Assembly: GCA_030704615.1 (NCBI GenBank)
Contig: CM060732.1
Location: 34,472,001-34,536,000 of the forward strand
Origin: Takakia lepidozioides
Taxonomy: Eukaryota > Plantae > Bryophyta
DNA: 64,000 nt
Direction of reading: 5' to 3'
Made by a program: the position numbers and the translations under genes. Positions 40,723 to 52,229 of the stretch are shown piece after piece; positions within the stretch are counted from its first letter, which is position 1, and each line of letters opens with the position of its first letter. Under the pieces are notes generated by a model, which worked only from the letters and a program-made list of their open reading frames with translations, searched no databases and had not been told where the DNA came from.

Positions 40723-41899
40723 AATTGAGTGTGGTGGCGCACTCACTTTCAAGATTGACAAGGATCGGAACAGACAAACATTAGTTCTTCAAAACAACAT
40801 ACATAACCCTCCTTTCCTGTCAACCGGAATTGAGTGCGGTGGCGTACTCATTTTTTGGACACCTTCCATGACATCCATGAAATCATGTTCATTGCAGGTA
40901 CTCCATCTCTACTCAGTCAATGGCTCATTTGTCACTTCCTCTTCCATATTGTGTGCTTCATTCTAGAGGCATAAACTGAGTGCGCCACCACACTCAGTTT
41001 CCAGGGTGTTCTGATGTTCTTCCCATAACTAAAAAAGAATGCTTCGAATTTCCACAATCCATTTCACCTTATAGTTCATCTCAGACATCATCAAATCAAC
41101 CATCTACAAGTGCTCAAAAAATTATTTCTGGGAGCCCTCCACTTTGTCTGCCTGCTTTCTGTTGCGAGCACACCAGGGTCTTTACCTCTGTCCACGTACA
41201 TGGTCGACCTCACCTCAAAACTGAGTGCACCACCGCACTCAATTTCAAGGTAATCGTTTCTTTCTATCTGAAAACTCAAAAGAGATCTCACTTTGAATGA
41301 AACACACTTTCTAACTATCATTTCATCTCTCTCATAAGCAAACTGACCATTCTATGGTGCTCCAAAACTGAGTGCGGTGGCGCACTTAGTTCTGGGAGCC
41401 CTTCATTCTGTCTGCCTACTTCTGTTTTGAGTTCAATGGGGTCTTCACGTTTGTCCAAAAAGATTGTCGATCACACCTTAGAACTGTGTGCGCCACCGCA
41501 TTCAGTTTCCAGGTTAGACTTAATGTGATTCTCAGAACTCATAAGAGATCTCATTATGGAATAGAGACACTTTCTATCTTCCGTTCACCTCATTCAATAG
41601 CAACTCAATGATTCCATGGTGCTCAGAAATTGAGTGTGCGGTGCGGCACTCAGTTCTGGGTGACCACTCCACTGTCTCTTGGACCTAAACTGTGAACATC
41701 ACCTTCATCTTTCCCTAATGCCCAAGCGATCTCCTAACATCCATTTGAAATGAGTGCGCCACCACACTGAGTTTCCCCGTGTCCATCTGAGGCTTCCATT
41801 GCAGATCCTGTTGCGTCTAAGACTTATGTATTCACCTCGGCCCACAATGGAAGTGATAGAGCTCCCCTCAAAACTAAGTGCACTGCCACACCCAATTTT
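40723..41899. repeat. Array of ~27-bp palindromes AAACTGAGTGCG-(CCA)-CCGCACTCAGTTT
   Basis: Nine copies at about 40723, 40828, 40973, 41218, 41365, 41482, 41627, 41748 and 41870, partly within a ~260-bp higher-order repeat. Confidence 0.85.
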
Positions 41900-42249
41900 C
41901 AGGGGATCTCTCGTATCATGTCTATGCACTTGGTACGACAGTCAAGCGAGATTCATGCAGATTGGGAGAAGGATCACCTTGGGTTCATGACACCACTTCC
42001 CGATGCCTCTTCTTGTTGCGTCCTCACCGCCTCCTTTGGTGTTACTTCTTTCTCACCAACGGTGGTGTCGATGTCCATGTCATGCACATTGGTCTCCGAG
42101 ACACTCTCCTCCCAATCCCTTCTTCCCTCCATTTGAGGCTGGACCTCCTCTGTCATATGCTGTGACTCCTGGATAGACGTATCATGTGCAACCTGCTCAT
42201 CAACGTTTTGAAGATTGCGCAATTTTCTCATTCTGACTCGCGTGTTTTC

Positions 42250-42780
42250 CCTCTCTCTCGCACTCGTGAAGTAAAGGGACTGCCTTCTATGTCTTCTTCC
42301 TATGTCTTCAGAATGAGACTATTCTGATTTAATCTTCAATATAACCCCGTTGCTATCTAACATTCTCTTTGAGTCAACTTCTTAAGTTGCTACTGAAAGA
42401 ACATTATTTATAGCTTCAGATCTTAGGATCTTCTTATTTTGCTCTGATACCAACTGTAATGAAACTACTCGTACTATTCCATTAATCCTAGAGACACAGC
42501 TTTGAGGTATTGAATACCTTTATAAAGAAGAAGACATATTACATAACCTGTCAGGTCTTTGTCTATGTATATACTTGTTCTTCCTCAAGGGGTATAGAAC
42601 ATCCCATTGAATTGTTACATGGGACAAGTCCCATGACTAAAGCTCCATATAGGTTAAGTTTTGTAAAGTTGAAAGAACTTAAAAGGCAATTAGAAGACCT
42701 ATTGAAGAAAGGCTTTATAAGACCCTCTAAGTCCCATATGGTTCTCTCATCCTCTTTGTAATTAAAAAAGATAAACCTAT
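42250..42780. mobile_element. Decayed LTR-retrotransposon fragments
   Basis: Minus-strand PBS TGGTATCAGAGC (42441-42452) next to an 89-bp TGTAAT...ATTACA segment (42455-42543). Plus-strand RT N-terminal fragment GIEHPIEL...KAPYRLS...ELKRQLEDLLKKGFIRPSKS. Confidence 0.75.
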
Positions 42781-43260
42781 CAGGTGACGGTGGGAAATTT
42801 TCCGAGGTGTACCTGTCCCGACTTCGTGTGCATGCGTGTGGAAGCTCTAGGAAAGAGAGGGAAATGGGTTCCCTGCAAGCATCTTTACTAATGTATCTTT
42901 TTGCGCAGGATGTATTGTGATCCCAAAAGAGACCAAATCATTCACCAAGCGACACTAGGTCTTGGTGAGGTACGGACACTTTTGCATCGAGACATTGGCA
43001 ATATCGAGTAGTGTTGCATATGTTGCGATTTTTCGCAATGTCGGAAAGGGTTGCCTTGTTTGTAGAACATGTATACACAGTTCTTAAATCTGGACAAGCA
43101 GGCGATGTCTCGTTATGAAAGGGAGTTTATTTTTTCATCGGGTTTGGTTAACGAGCCTCTAAAATTGAGTACGTCAACGCACACCACTTCTGCCCCCACC
43201 CCCAATATTGCCCCGGGCCAAAAAAAAAAAAAAAAAAGGTCTTTTTTTTGTTCGTGGGCT

Positions 43261-44784
43261 TGCCAAACATGGACAAGTGTCAGTATGAAAGCTCATTTTA
43301 TTTTTTCATGGCCTCTACATAAGCATTGCGAAAATGATCATGATGACATCTGATTTTTTATTCACCTCTTTTTCATCAACAGAAACCTGAACAAGATTGA
43401 CAATGATAGAGCTCAATTTTTTTCACCTCTTCTTCACAAACAAACCCTAAATAAGCATTCATGATGACCATCTGGTTTTTTTTCACCTCTTCTTCAATAA
43501 CAGAATCTTGAAGAAGTTTGACAATGATAGAGCTCAAGTTTTTTTTTCACCTCTTTTTCAACAAGAGAAACCTGAACAAGATTGACAATGATAGAGCTCA
43601 ACTTTTTTTCACCTCTTCTTCACAAACAAACCCTAAATAAGCATTCATGATGACCATCTGTTTTTTTTTCACCTCTTCTTCAATAACAAAAACCTGAAGA
43701 AGTTTGACAATGGTAGAGCTCGTACTGCCGACGGGTTGGATTGAGTAGAGTGTCGCAGGGCAGCCGTCCGGCTTCTCAACACAACAATGTCAGGAGGCTT
43801 GTTGACACTTCCTGGACTGGTCCTCGCAGCCTCACGCGTGGTATGCGTGGAACTCACCCACACACCCGGCGGCATTTTGTCACCCATCTTTGTCGTTGAC
43901 CCGACGTTGGGTGCATTGGTAGGTCCATGGGCATGGGTTGAGTCCACTGCGGACGATGGCGATGTCGCAACGTGCACATCCCTCATGAGACAAACATCCT
44001 GCAAATTCAATAATACGTTCAATAATATAATGAAGGTGCAACATCAGTAAGTAAAATGCTCTCACAGTGCATGAACAATTTGAGTGGGTGGGGTTGGGTC
44101 GTCCATTGTGCCGTTATGAGCAGTGTCATCTCCAGTCTCCTCTGTAGTCTGCCGGGAAGTCTCCTGGACAGACTGTTGGGCAGTCTCCTACACAGATTGG
44201 TCGGGCTCCATGTTAGTTTCCTGTGCATTGGCAGTCTCGGCAATGACATGGGCAGTCTGCTGGACTGCGTCCAAGTCAGTCTCCTGTTGGGCAGGCTCCT
44301 GGGCAGCGTCCTGGGGAGGCTCCTGGCAGACAAATTGCACGTCAAAGTCAATCTGTTGGACACCTTCCAAGTCCCTCTCTTGAGCAGTCTGCTGGACTCT
44401 CTCCAACTCAGTCTCCTAGGCAGTCTGTTGAATAGTCTCCTGGACAATCAGTGCACTCCCCTATGCAGTCTCCTGGGAAGTCTTCTCGAGTTCAGTCTCC
44501 TGGGAAGTCCTTTCAGCGCGGTCTTCCAGGCCGACGATGAGTCTATCAACTTCGCCATCAAGCTTGTTGTGAGGGTCTTCATCCATAGCTGACAATGGTT
44601 TCACAGAGGGGGATTCCACATCGGATTCTATAGTAAGGTCTATTATGCAGGGTACTGGGCCGGACATTGGTTCGATCACGTCAAGATCATCGATGGCTTT
44701 TGCCAGTGAACGGACTATAACCGGACTAAGCTCAATAGAAATAGGACGTAGGCCACGGGGCGACGGATAAGAGGGGTTTACCAA
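43261..44784 (-). pseudogene. N-terminal part of the Ulp1-type gene (Q/E/T-rich low-complexity region plus EEEVKKK repeats)
   Basis: Broken ORFs 44784-44060 and 44000-43669 run into the same tandem repeat that precedes the Ulp1 domain at 20750-22110. Confidence 0.55.
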
Positions 44785-45494
44785 TGTCCTGGCTACATCG
44801 TTTGTAGATGCAAAAAATTTGGTTCTCCAAAATTTTCGAGCTTAAATTGGGGTGAACGGTCCGCCGCACCAGTCCAGTGCAAGTTAGGACGTTCAAAATT
44901 CCACTGTGGCCTCATGAAAGAGTATTAGACACCTGCTATCGGCAGGTCTTCCAGTCCAGCATAGTGAGGCTGTTCTCCAAACTGCAACGACACAACCGTG
45001 TGAGCCTCACGCGTGAGCGTACGCTCACACACTGATGACGTGGCATGAGCGTGATGCCAGTAGGTTGTCATGGTGTTGAATGTTGACGTGGCGCCATGTC
45101 AGCATCCGCCACTTCAACCGAAATATACGACGCCTATATCCGAGGGTCCTATGACTGTGGGATGAACTTAGGGAACATGAAACCAAAATATAATCAAGAA
45201 TACCATCAAAATATCCGAAATGGGAAATACGCCTAAAACTGTGGCATCCATTCCACAACATTCTGTAATTACAATTGTAAGTTTTACAATAACAATTACA
45301 ATGAGGACAAAATAACCTCATAAGGCTCCATTGAGGCTAACCCAGGAAGACCCTGCTTCCTCCCAAAATGACGAAGAGAAGAGGGATTACGGTATCAAAA
45401 AGAAGCATGCAGTACATAGCAACACACAACAGACCAGAACAATTTTTTTGGGGGGAACAATACAGGAAAAAAAAAGAAAAAAAAAAGAAAAAAA

Positions 45495-46810
45495 AACAGA
45501 GCAGAAGTGATTGTCGACACCGATCATCACTTCTGCTCTATTTTTTTTTTTGGAATAAACAGAAAAAAAAACATAAAAAACATAAACAAACATAAACAAA
45601 ACAAAACAAAACAAAACAGATTGTCGGCACCGATCATCAGAAGCCGACAATCACTTCTACTCTGCTCTGTTTTTTTAAAAAAATTCTCCGTATTGTTCCA
45701 AAAAAAAAAAAAACAGAGCAGAAGTGATTGTCGGTGCCGACAATCACTTATGATGATCAGTACAAAAAATCCCTTCTGCTCTGTTTTTCTTTTTTTTGGG
45801 GAAAAAACGGAAAAACAAAACAAAACAAAAAGTGATTGTTGGCACCGACCATCAGAAGTAATGATCGGTGCCGACAATCAGTTTTTTTTTTTCCCCTCCG
45901 TATTGTTCCAAAAACAAATAAAACAAACAGAGCAGAAGTGGTTGTCGGTGCCAACAATCACTTCTGTTTTCTTTTTCTTTTTCTTTTTTTTCCCCTCGGT
46001 ATTGGTCCAAAAAAAAAACAGAATTTTTTTTTAAATTTTGGAGAAAAAATGGGAAAAAAAGAAAACAGAGCAGAAATTATTGTCGGCACATTTGTTTTGG
46101 GAAAAATATGGGAAAAAAAAACAAAACAAAACAAAACAAAACAGAGCAGAAGTGATTGTCGGTACCGATCATCACTCATCACTTCTGATGATCGGTGCCC
46201 ACAATCACTTCTGTTTTGCTCTGTTTTTTTTTTTTTTTTTTTTCCCCCTCCGTATTGTTCCCCAAAAAAAAAAAAAAAACAGAGCAGAAGTGATTAAACA
46301 ATCACTTATGATGATCGGCACCGACAATCACTTCTGCTCTGTGTTGTTTTAAATTTTGGGAGAAAATATGGAGAAAAAATAAATAAAAATATAGAACAGA
46401 AGTGATTGTCGGTGTCGACAATCACTTCTGCTCTGCTCTGTTTTTTTTTTTTTTTTTGGAAAATGACAGAAAACCCAAAAAAAACAGAATTGATAATCGG
46501 TGTCGACAATCACTTTTGCTCTGCTCTAACAAGTTGAGACACGCTTCCTTGTGCCGCAGCTCCGCCCTAAACAGCCGCACTGCATTGCTTCATTCATGCA
46601 GAGCAGAGCAAAAGTGATTGTTGGTGCCGATCATCACTTCTGCTCTGCTCTGTTTTTGTTTTGGTTTTGTTCTTGTTGCGTATTGTTTATTATTTGTATT
46701 ATTTTTTAAACAAAAAAAACAGAAGTGATGATCGATGCTGATCATCACTTCTGATCTATTTTGGCATTTGGGTAGAGGTGATGATCGTCGATGATCATCA
46801 CTTCTGTTTG
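45495..46810. repeat. Array of ~44-bp hairpin palindromes separated by A/T tracts
   Basis: CAGAGCAGAAGTGATTGTCGG(T/C)(G/A)CCGACAATCACTTCTGCTCTG, more than a dozen full or partial copies. Confidence 0.9.
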
Positions 46811-47149
46811 ATACTTGATACTTGATTTCCAAACATGCAAAGGCTTAGTATGTAGACCATATCTAAATCAGTCTATTCCATATGGGTAATTTTTACGTAA
46901 GAAAGCCTCAATTCCACTCCGGCTAACTTTGATGGTTGGGGATGTTCACTAGGAACTGCTATTACACCTTGTTATCGACTGATACAAAAGCTTGTTGAAA
47001 CTAGCATGCTCATTCTCCCTTTCATGGGAGGGATAAAGGTCTCACTTTGGCAATCGCACACTTATCAAATCGCAGTTTATGACACGATGGGCGGTGGCGG
47101 GATGGATGTTAAAGATGTAGTCTGCAATGATTGGAAAAGGTAAATCATT

Positions 47150-47200
47150 CCGTGGAAATAGGCACCTACCTCACGCCTCTGGGCTCACGATCTAGCATTC
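47150..47200 (+). mobile_element. MULE-family terminus (right-facing)
   Basis: CCGTGGAAATAGGC...GGGCTCACGATCTAGCATTCC; same motif as at 33187 (reverse complement) and 52340. Confidence 0.65.
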
Positions 47201-47452
47201 CTCCCTTCCGCTTGTTCTGTCCACGGTTATAGGTCCATGCCTATGGAAATGACGTGGCATGACGTGACGTGGCGTCAACCACGCTGGCGAGGATTGCTGA
47301 CATGTTGTAATACCCGTGAACCAACGTGGCGAGAACTACTGACGTAAAACAGTGTGCGTCAACGCACACTGTTTGAGCCCACTTTTACATGCCTCAGCCC
47401 ACGTTTCATGCCTCTCTTATATCAATCTGAATGAACAACCCTGCAGGAGAAG

Positions 47453-50400
47453 ATGCAAAGTTTGGCGGATGAGATCCCTTCGGGTCAGGGGAAGGAGATC
47501 ATTGTTGATGTTGACGATGAGTTCTATGAAAGCAAAGCCGCTGAGATGCTGGGGGGTCAGAAGGTAAACTCTCAGCTTGTGGTGCAAAGTATGCTTGCCC
47601 CCGGTGGTAGGTTGAAGATTCCCTTGTGTAGGTTGGTTTCCATGCCCGTCGTTCGTCCACCCCTCGTCAAGGACATTCTCAAGCTGGAGGCCGAGTTTGT
47701 TCATGGGTATTTGGATGGATCCGCAGTGTTTTACGTTTCTACTAGGGATTCCAGAGGCAATGAGCTCCTTGTGGATGAGTCAATCGTTGACTCATGGGAC
47801 CCCATTTGGAGACAGGTGAACGAATCCTTCGAACTTCTTCTCTCTAGGAAACCTTCCACCCAGGCATTCTCAGGGAAGATGTTTCACGTTTGGGATGGCA
47901 ACCACCGGTTGCTTGCATGGATGGCTGTCATTGGGAGGCTGCACTCACAGGAGGAAGAGTGGCATTACTCTGTTCGATCGATGGTGCTGGATTGTGATGG
48001 GAACATGATGGGTCTTCTGACGGCAATGAATGATGTGAACAGGTTGGTTTCTCATTCTACATGTTCCACTTGTGGTTCCGTTGTTCTTTGATTCAAGTCC
48101 TTGAATTTCATTCTGACTTTCAGATATCATTCTGCAGAGGGACGGAGACATCGCATGTAAAAACGAGTCTGGTTCACACACTGTATAGAATACAAAGGAT
48201 CGGGCAGATACCCTTGACCAACTTCAAGACCATCCTTTCAGCAGAGACGTACAAGAAGTGCGAAAGCTCCAAGACATCAGAAACGTGGTACTCGTTGACC
48301 CGTGAGGCTTTCATGGAGTACATGTACACGGTGAGATACATCTCCCTTCATCTGGCCTTTCCATATTCCTGCTTCCACATGTTTGTTTCTGTTTGTTTTT
48401 GTTTGTTTCCCTTGACCTTGGGTTGATGCAACTCTCGTGCATTCCCTTGCAGCAAAACATTGCAGATGCAGGGGAGCGTGGCAAACTGGAATACTACAGC
48501 TCTACCCCTGAGGAGAGAAGGACAACAAAGGGGGTTGAGAGTCACATCCAGAAAGAGATGACCGCCACAAGAAGGACTATAATGAGTGCTTTTGTGAAGC
48601 AGTTGAGAATTGCCGACCCATCATTCGGACCGCAGTTTCTCCTGGAGATAAAAAAACCATTATAACAAGCCAGGCAAGCCAGAGATGGCCCAGGAGAAGT
48701 TGCACATGTTGTCTACCGCCGTTGTGTCTTCAGAACAGAAGGTGAGGTGAGGTGGCTGCAGATATGGAACTCCGACCCCACAGTTAGGGATACCCACATG
48801 TTCCCAAGGCCGGAGAAAGAGAAGAAGACCCAGCGTGTCATTCCTGTCAGTGACAATGTGCTGGACACCTGGCTTCACAAGGCCACTTACTGGAGCCAGG
48901 TGTGATGTCATTTCCTGTGTCACTTTCTTTTCTCTTTTCCTGTCCTTCTCTTTCCATTGTCTCTTACATTCGCTGTGATTGTTTTTGGGTTCATTCTTGC
49001 ATTTGAATTGTTGTGCAGTTGGAAGAAAGGGCCCGATCGGTTCTGCATACTCAGCTGGCTGACTATGGCATCAGTATGACAACACCGAAGGAGCATACAT
49101 GAGGAAATGGAGAGCCACAGTGTGGCACTCTTGTTTCTTTAGAGAGTTCAGCAAGGAGGGTGGCATCAGTCGAACAAATGAGCTTGACCAGCAGGAAAAA
49201 TGAGAGGAAGCCTGGAAACGATGCCTTTACAGGTGCACACCCTGGGCCGTTCATGCTACTTATTTGTGCTGTGGTTGCAATGTGTTGTGTCGCATACTGT
49301 TTAAGGGGGTCTTCCTGGTGTGATGGAAAAGCTGAGAGACAATATTTGCATTGCATAATGAGGCTGTCTCTGTTTCTGCAGGTACATAAAGTTTGTTCTC
49401 CTGGAAGAGAATTGCTTGGACAAACATCCAGATTTTGTGGACCTTTGGCTTGTCCCTGCTGGCAACCAGACCATGTTTACTACTGGGATCTTGCATGACT
49501 GGGGCCCAGACCATCTTTCTTCTTGTGGTTGGTATTTGGATTGCCCTCCTTCTGAGACCCCAGCTCTGGAGATGTCTTTGAGGAGAGAGAATGAGCGTAT
49601 TGCAGCCACTGCCGCAGCAGCCGACCTCGACATTCACGAACGAAATTTGAGGACTCTTGCAGAGAAGGAGCCTCCCGCTCAGGATACCCCGGGTAGAGGA
49701 AGAAAGGCAAAGGGAAAAGATGTTGCTGGTGTTGTGGGGAAAGGAAGGGGTACAGGGAAGGTGGCACAAGGGCAGGGAAGTGTTGCAGATATTGGCCCTG
49801 TGGTGCATGTCCAGCAGACTCCACCGCATGGTAGGGGATCCAGGAGAAAAAACAAGGGGGTGGTTGATCCCAAGGACCCGTACCATGCAGTGGAACATCC
49901 CACGAAGGTCATTCGCCCTACCAGGTTGGAGATGGCCAACGTCGGGTTCCTTGCCATGATGGAGTCGAAGAAATCTGATTACAAGGGCGAGCCATCACCA
50001 GTGTGGGAGAGGATTGTGGAGTTCCTCAGCACGGTGTGTGTTCTCTTTGGGTTCTGTGGCTTCTGTTCTCTTTGTCTGCTGTGGGCATGGATCGTTTCTA
50101 AACTTGTCAGTATTCCATTGTATTTTTGTTTGCAGGCTAAAATGACCAAATCCTGGGTAAACGGGAAGGAGAAGCCATATGCAGCCGAACTCATCATCTT
50201 GGACATCCTTGATGGGTTGGCAGTCCCGGATGTCCCTCCATCGGGTGCTTGTCCGGGTTGGAATGCTTTTGATGAGCGGTACTGGCGGTGGGTTTTCTCC
50301 TTTTGCAATTTTTTCCTGTCCGATGCAGGTGTTTTGGTGCTCATCCAGTCCATCGACGTTCGCTGTCGCCATGCACTTGCGAGCTATTTGAAAGCCTCGG

Positions 50401-51652
50401 GCATGAGAGTCGTGAAGACATGGAATTGTGTGAACAACACGTATCTTACGAAGGGGGATCGTCCGGGAGAGATGGTAAATTTGCCTTCTTGTTCCTCTTC
50501 TTGGTGGTTCTCGGATGGAGTTGTATAGGTAAACCCTAAACTCATATGTAGGGGCCCAATTTTTTTGGCTTCTTAGTTCCTTGTGGATGTCCTGTTCGCA
50601 GACTCGTTTGTTTGAAGTTGTTTGTCTCGTCCGAGTGCATCCACCAACGACTCCGGCCGGCATTACGGAGTTTGTCATCACTCATGGAGGCAAGTTCATA
50701 GACGACAGGACAGGACAAATCCTCCCACGGATGACATGCACCACAACTACGTCGATAGCAACGTGTGCTTGCGAAGGGGGAATGGGGTTCCTTGGAGAGG
50801 GGCGAGGGAGAAAACAGGACAACAAGGACACACAACCATCCCATTTCAAATTTGGCCCAGAATAAAAGGCGAGGGAGAGGAGCTCGGCTTCATTCAAACG
50901 ATTGTGGAGTGCTGCACCTACACAGACGCCAGAGTTCTGGATTTGTCAATGGGCACATGTTCGTATCTTCACCATTCACATTTCATGAGGTTTGATTGAG
51001 CTTGACTTTCAGCACTTCCCACCGTTCCAAATGTGTCTTCAATGTCTGCTTCCTTCATTCTATTCCATTGCAGGTGCTTCGTACCACGCTTGCAAGGCCA
51101 GTGCGCGTCATCTCTTTGGGATTGAAGGGAATGCTAAGATTTACAAGAACCTCCTGATGGGTTTGGGTGGACACACTTCTCAAGTCCTTCCGAAGCCCCG
51201 TCCCGCTGATACTGATACAGAGGAGACTTCTGACAAGGAGCTGGACTCCGACTTTGCCTGTGAGTAAGTTTAACCTGTGCATGCTTGCATTGTTGTTTCA
51301 ATGTCGAGAATCGCTGTTCTTGAGGCAAAGTGCACATGGGAGACATCCTCTTTGTTGGACTTGTGCATTGCATCATTGTGTTAAAAATGGGATTTTGTGG
51401 ACATGTGCAGGAGTCCGCGTGCTTCCACTTACCCCTCTAGGGCTATCACACCTATTTGGACTTCTTTCCAGTCCTCCTCGGTCTTGCGTGCTACCTGTCT
51501 ATGCGGAGGCACTCGCAGCAAGCATGTCCGTTCAAGGCACTCGGAGTCCACCCAACGACGGCCTTGGTAGAAGACGTGGTGTTGGGGCCAGAATCTTTGT
51601 AGATGACATAGCACAGGAGGTGGACACTGATTGTGATGACTGCGACACTTGA
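47453..51652 (+). pseudogene. ParB/Srx-like domain + beta-class N4/N6 DNA-methyltransferase-like fusion gene, copy B (9 exons, a few frameshifts)
   Basis: Exons about 47447-48042, 48138-48330, 48453-48899, 49019-49232, 49382-50033, 50136-50474, 50602-50958, 51074-51259, 51411-51652, with GT-AG borders. Motifs FHVWDGNHRLLAW; ELIILDILD; FLSDAGVLVLI; RGAREK...FIQTIVECCTYTDARVLDLSMGT/ASYHACKASARHLFGIEGNAKIY. Confidence 0.8.
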
Positions 51653-52229
51653 TATGAAGTTTTCTTTTGGTTTTATTCTGGGCCAAATTTGAAATGGGAT
51701 GGTTGTGTGTCCTTGTTGTCCTGTTTGCAATATGCGCGTGGAATTCACATTCATGGTTATAAACTATTGTTGGAGATGGGGGTTGCATGGACTGCCCGGA
51801 TTGTTCCTTCAATCTATTTAGTGTTTTGTGGACCTCACAGACTTGAGTACATTGCGAAAACAAACAAACCACTTTGGTTCGTGTAGAGCATTCTTGCATC
51901 ATTTGCTAGTTGGTCCCCAAACCATTCCTGCTAGAAGAATGGTAGGTGAATCCATCACGGTGAAGTCCACCTCATCAAAGAGCGTTCAGGCATTCTCAAT
52001 TCTAATGAGCTTCCATGATGCTCCCGCACATTCCTGGCATGTTCGCAAGGGTGGTGGGTAAGAAAAGATTTTGCAGGGATCCGTTTTAGATGATGTCAGT
52101 GTGCACCTCCTCACGATGTACCCACATAAACTTGTGAGGGCTTGGTATGTTGATAACGTCTGGATGGATGCAATGGATACAATGGATGTAACACATCCAC
52201 TCTGCATTCAACCCGCGGAAATAGGTGAC

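Larger units (their letters stand above)
33807..42231 (-). pseudogene. ParB/Srx-like domain + beta-class N4/N6 DNA-methyltransferase-like fusion gene, copy A (multi-exon, disabled)
   Basis: 40599-40046 IPLCRL...GKMFHIWDGNHRFMAW; ~35340-35000 EMVIVDIPD...RYWSWVF; ~34770-34485 WRGAREKSPAFIQTIIESCSRPGARIIDLTLGTG; ~34390 ACKASGGTCLV (frameshifted). Exon order matches copy B. Premature stops (e.g. 40126, 36400, 35524) and a 2.5-kb insertion. The 5' end is uncertain. Confidence 0.75.

Noticed and set aside
45495-46810. CRISPR-like array of palindromic repeats
   Set aside because: Spacers are low-complexity A/T tracts of variable length, there are no cas genes, and the context is eukaryotic.
45368-46832. 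K/F-rich ORFs in the ORF track
   Set aside because: Artefacts of homopolymer tracts and palindromic repeats.
47453-51652. Bacterial or phage contamination explaining the ParB-MTase
   Set aside because: Both copies have spliceosomal introns at matching positions and are interleaved with plant TEs.
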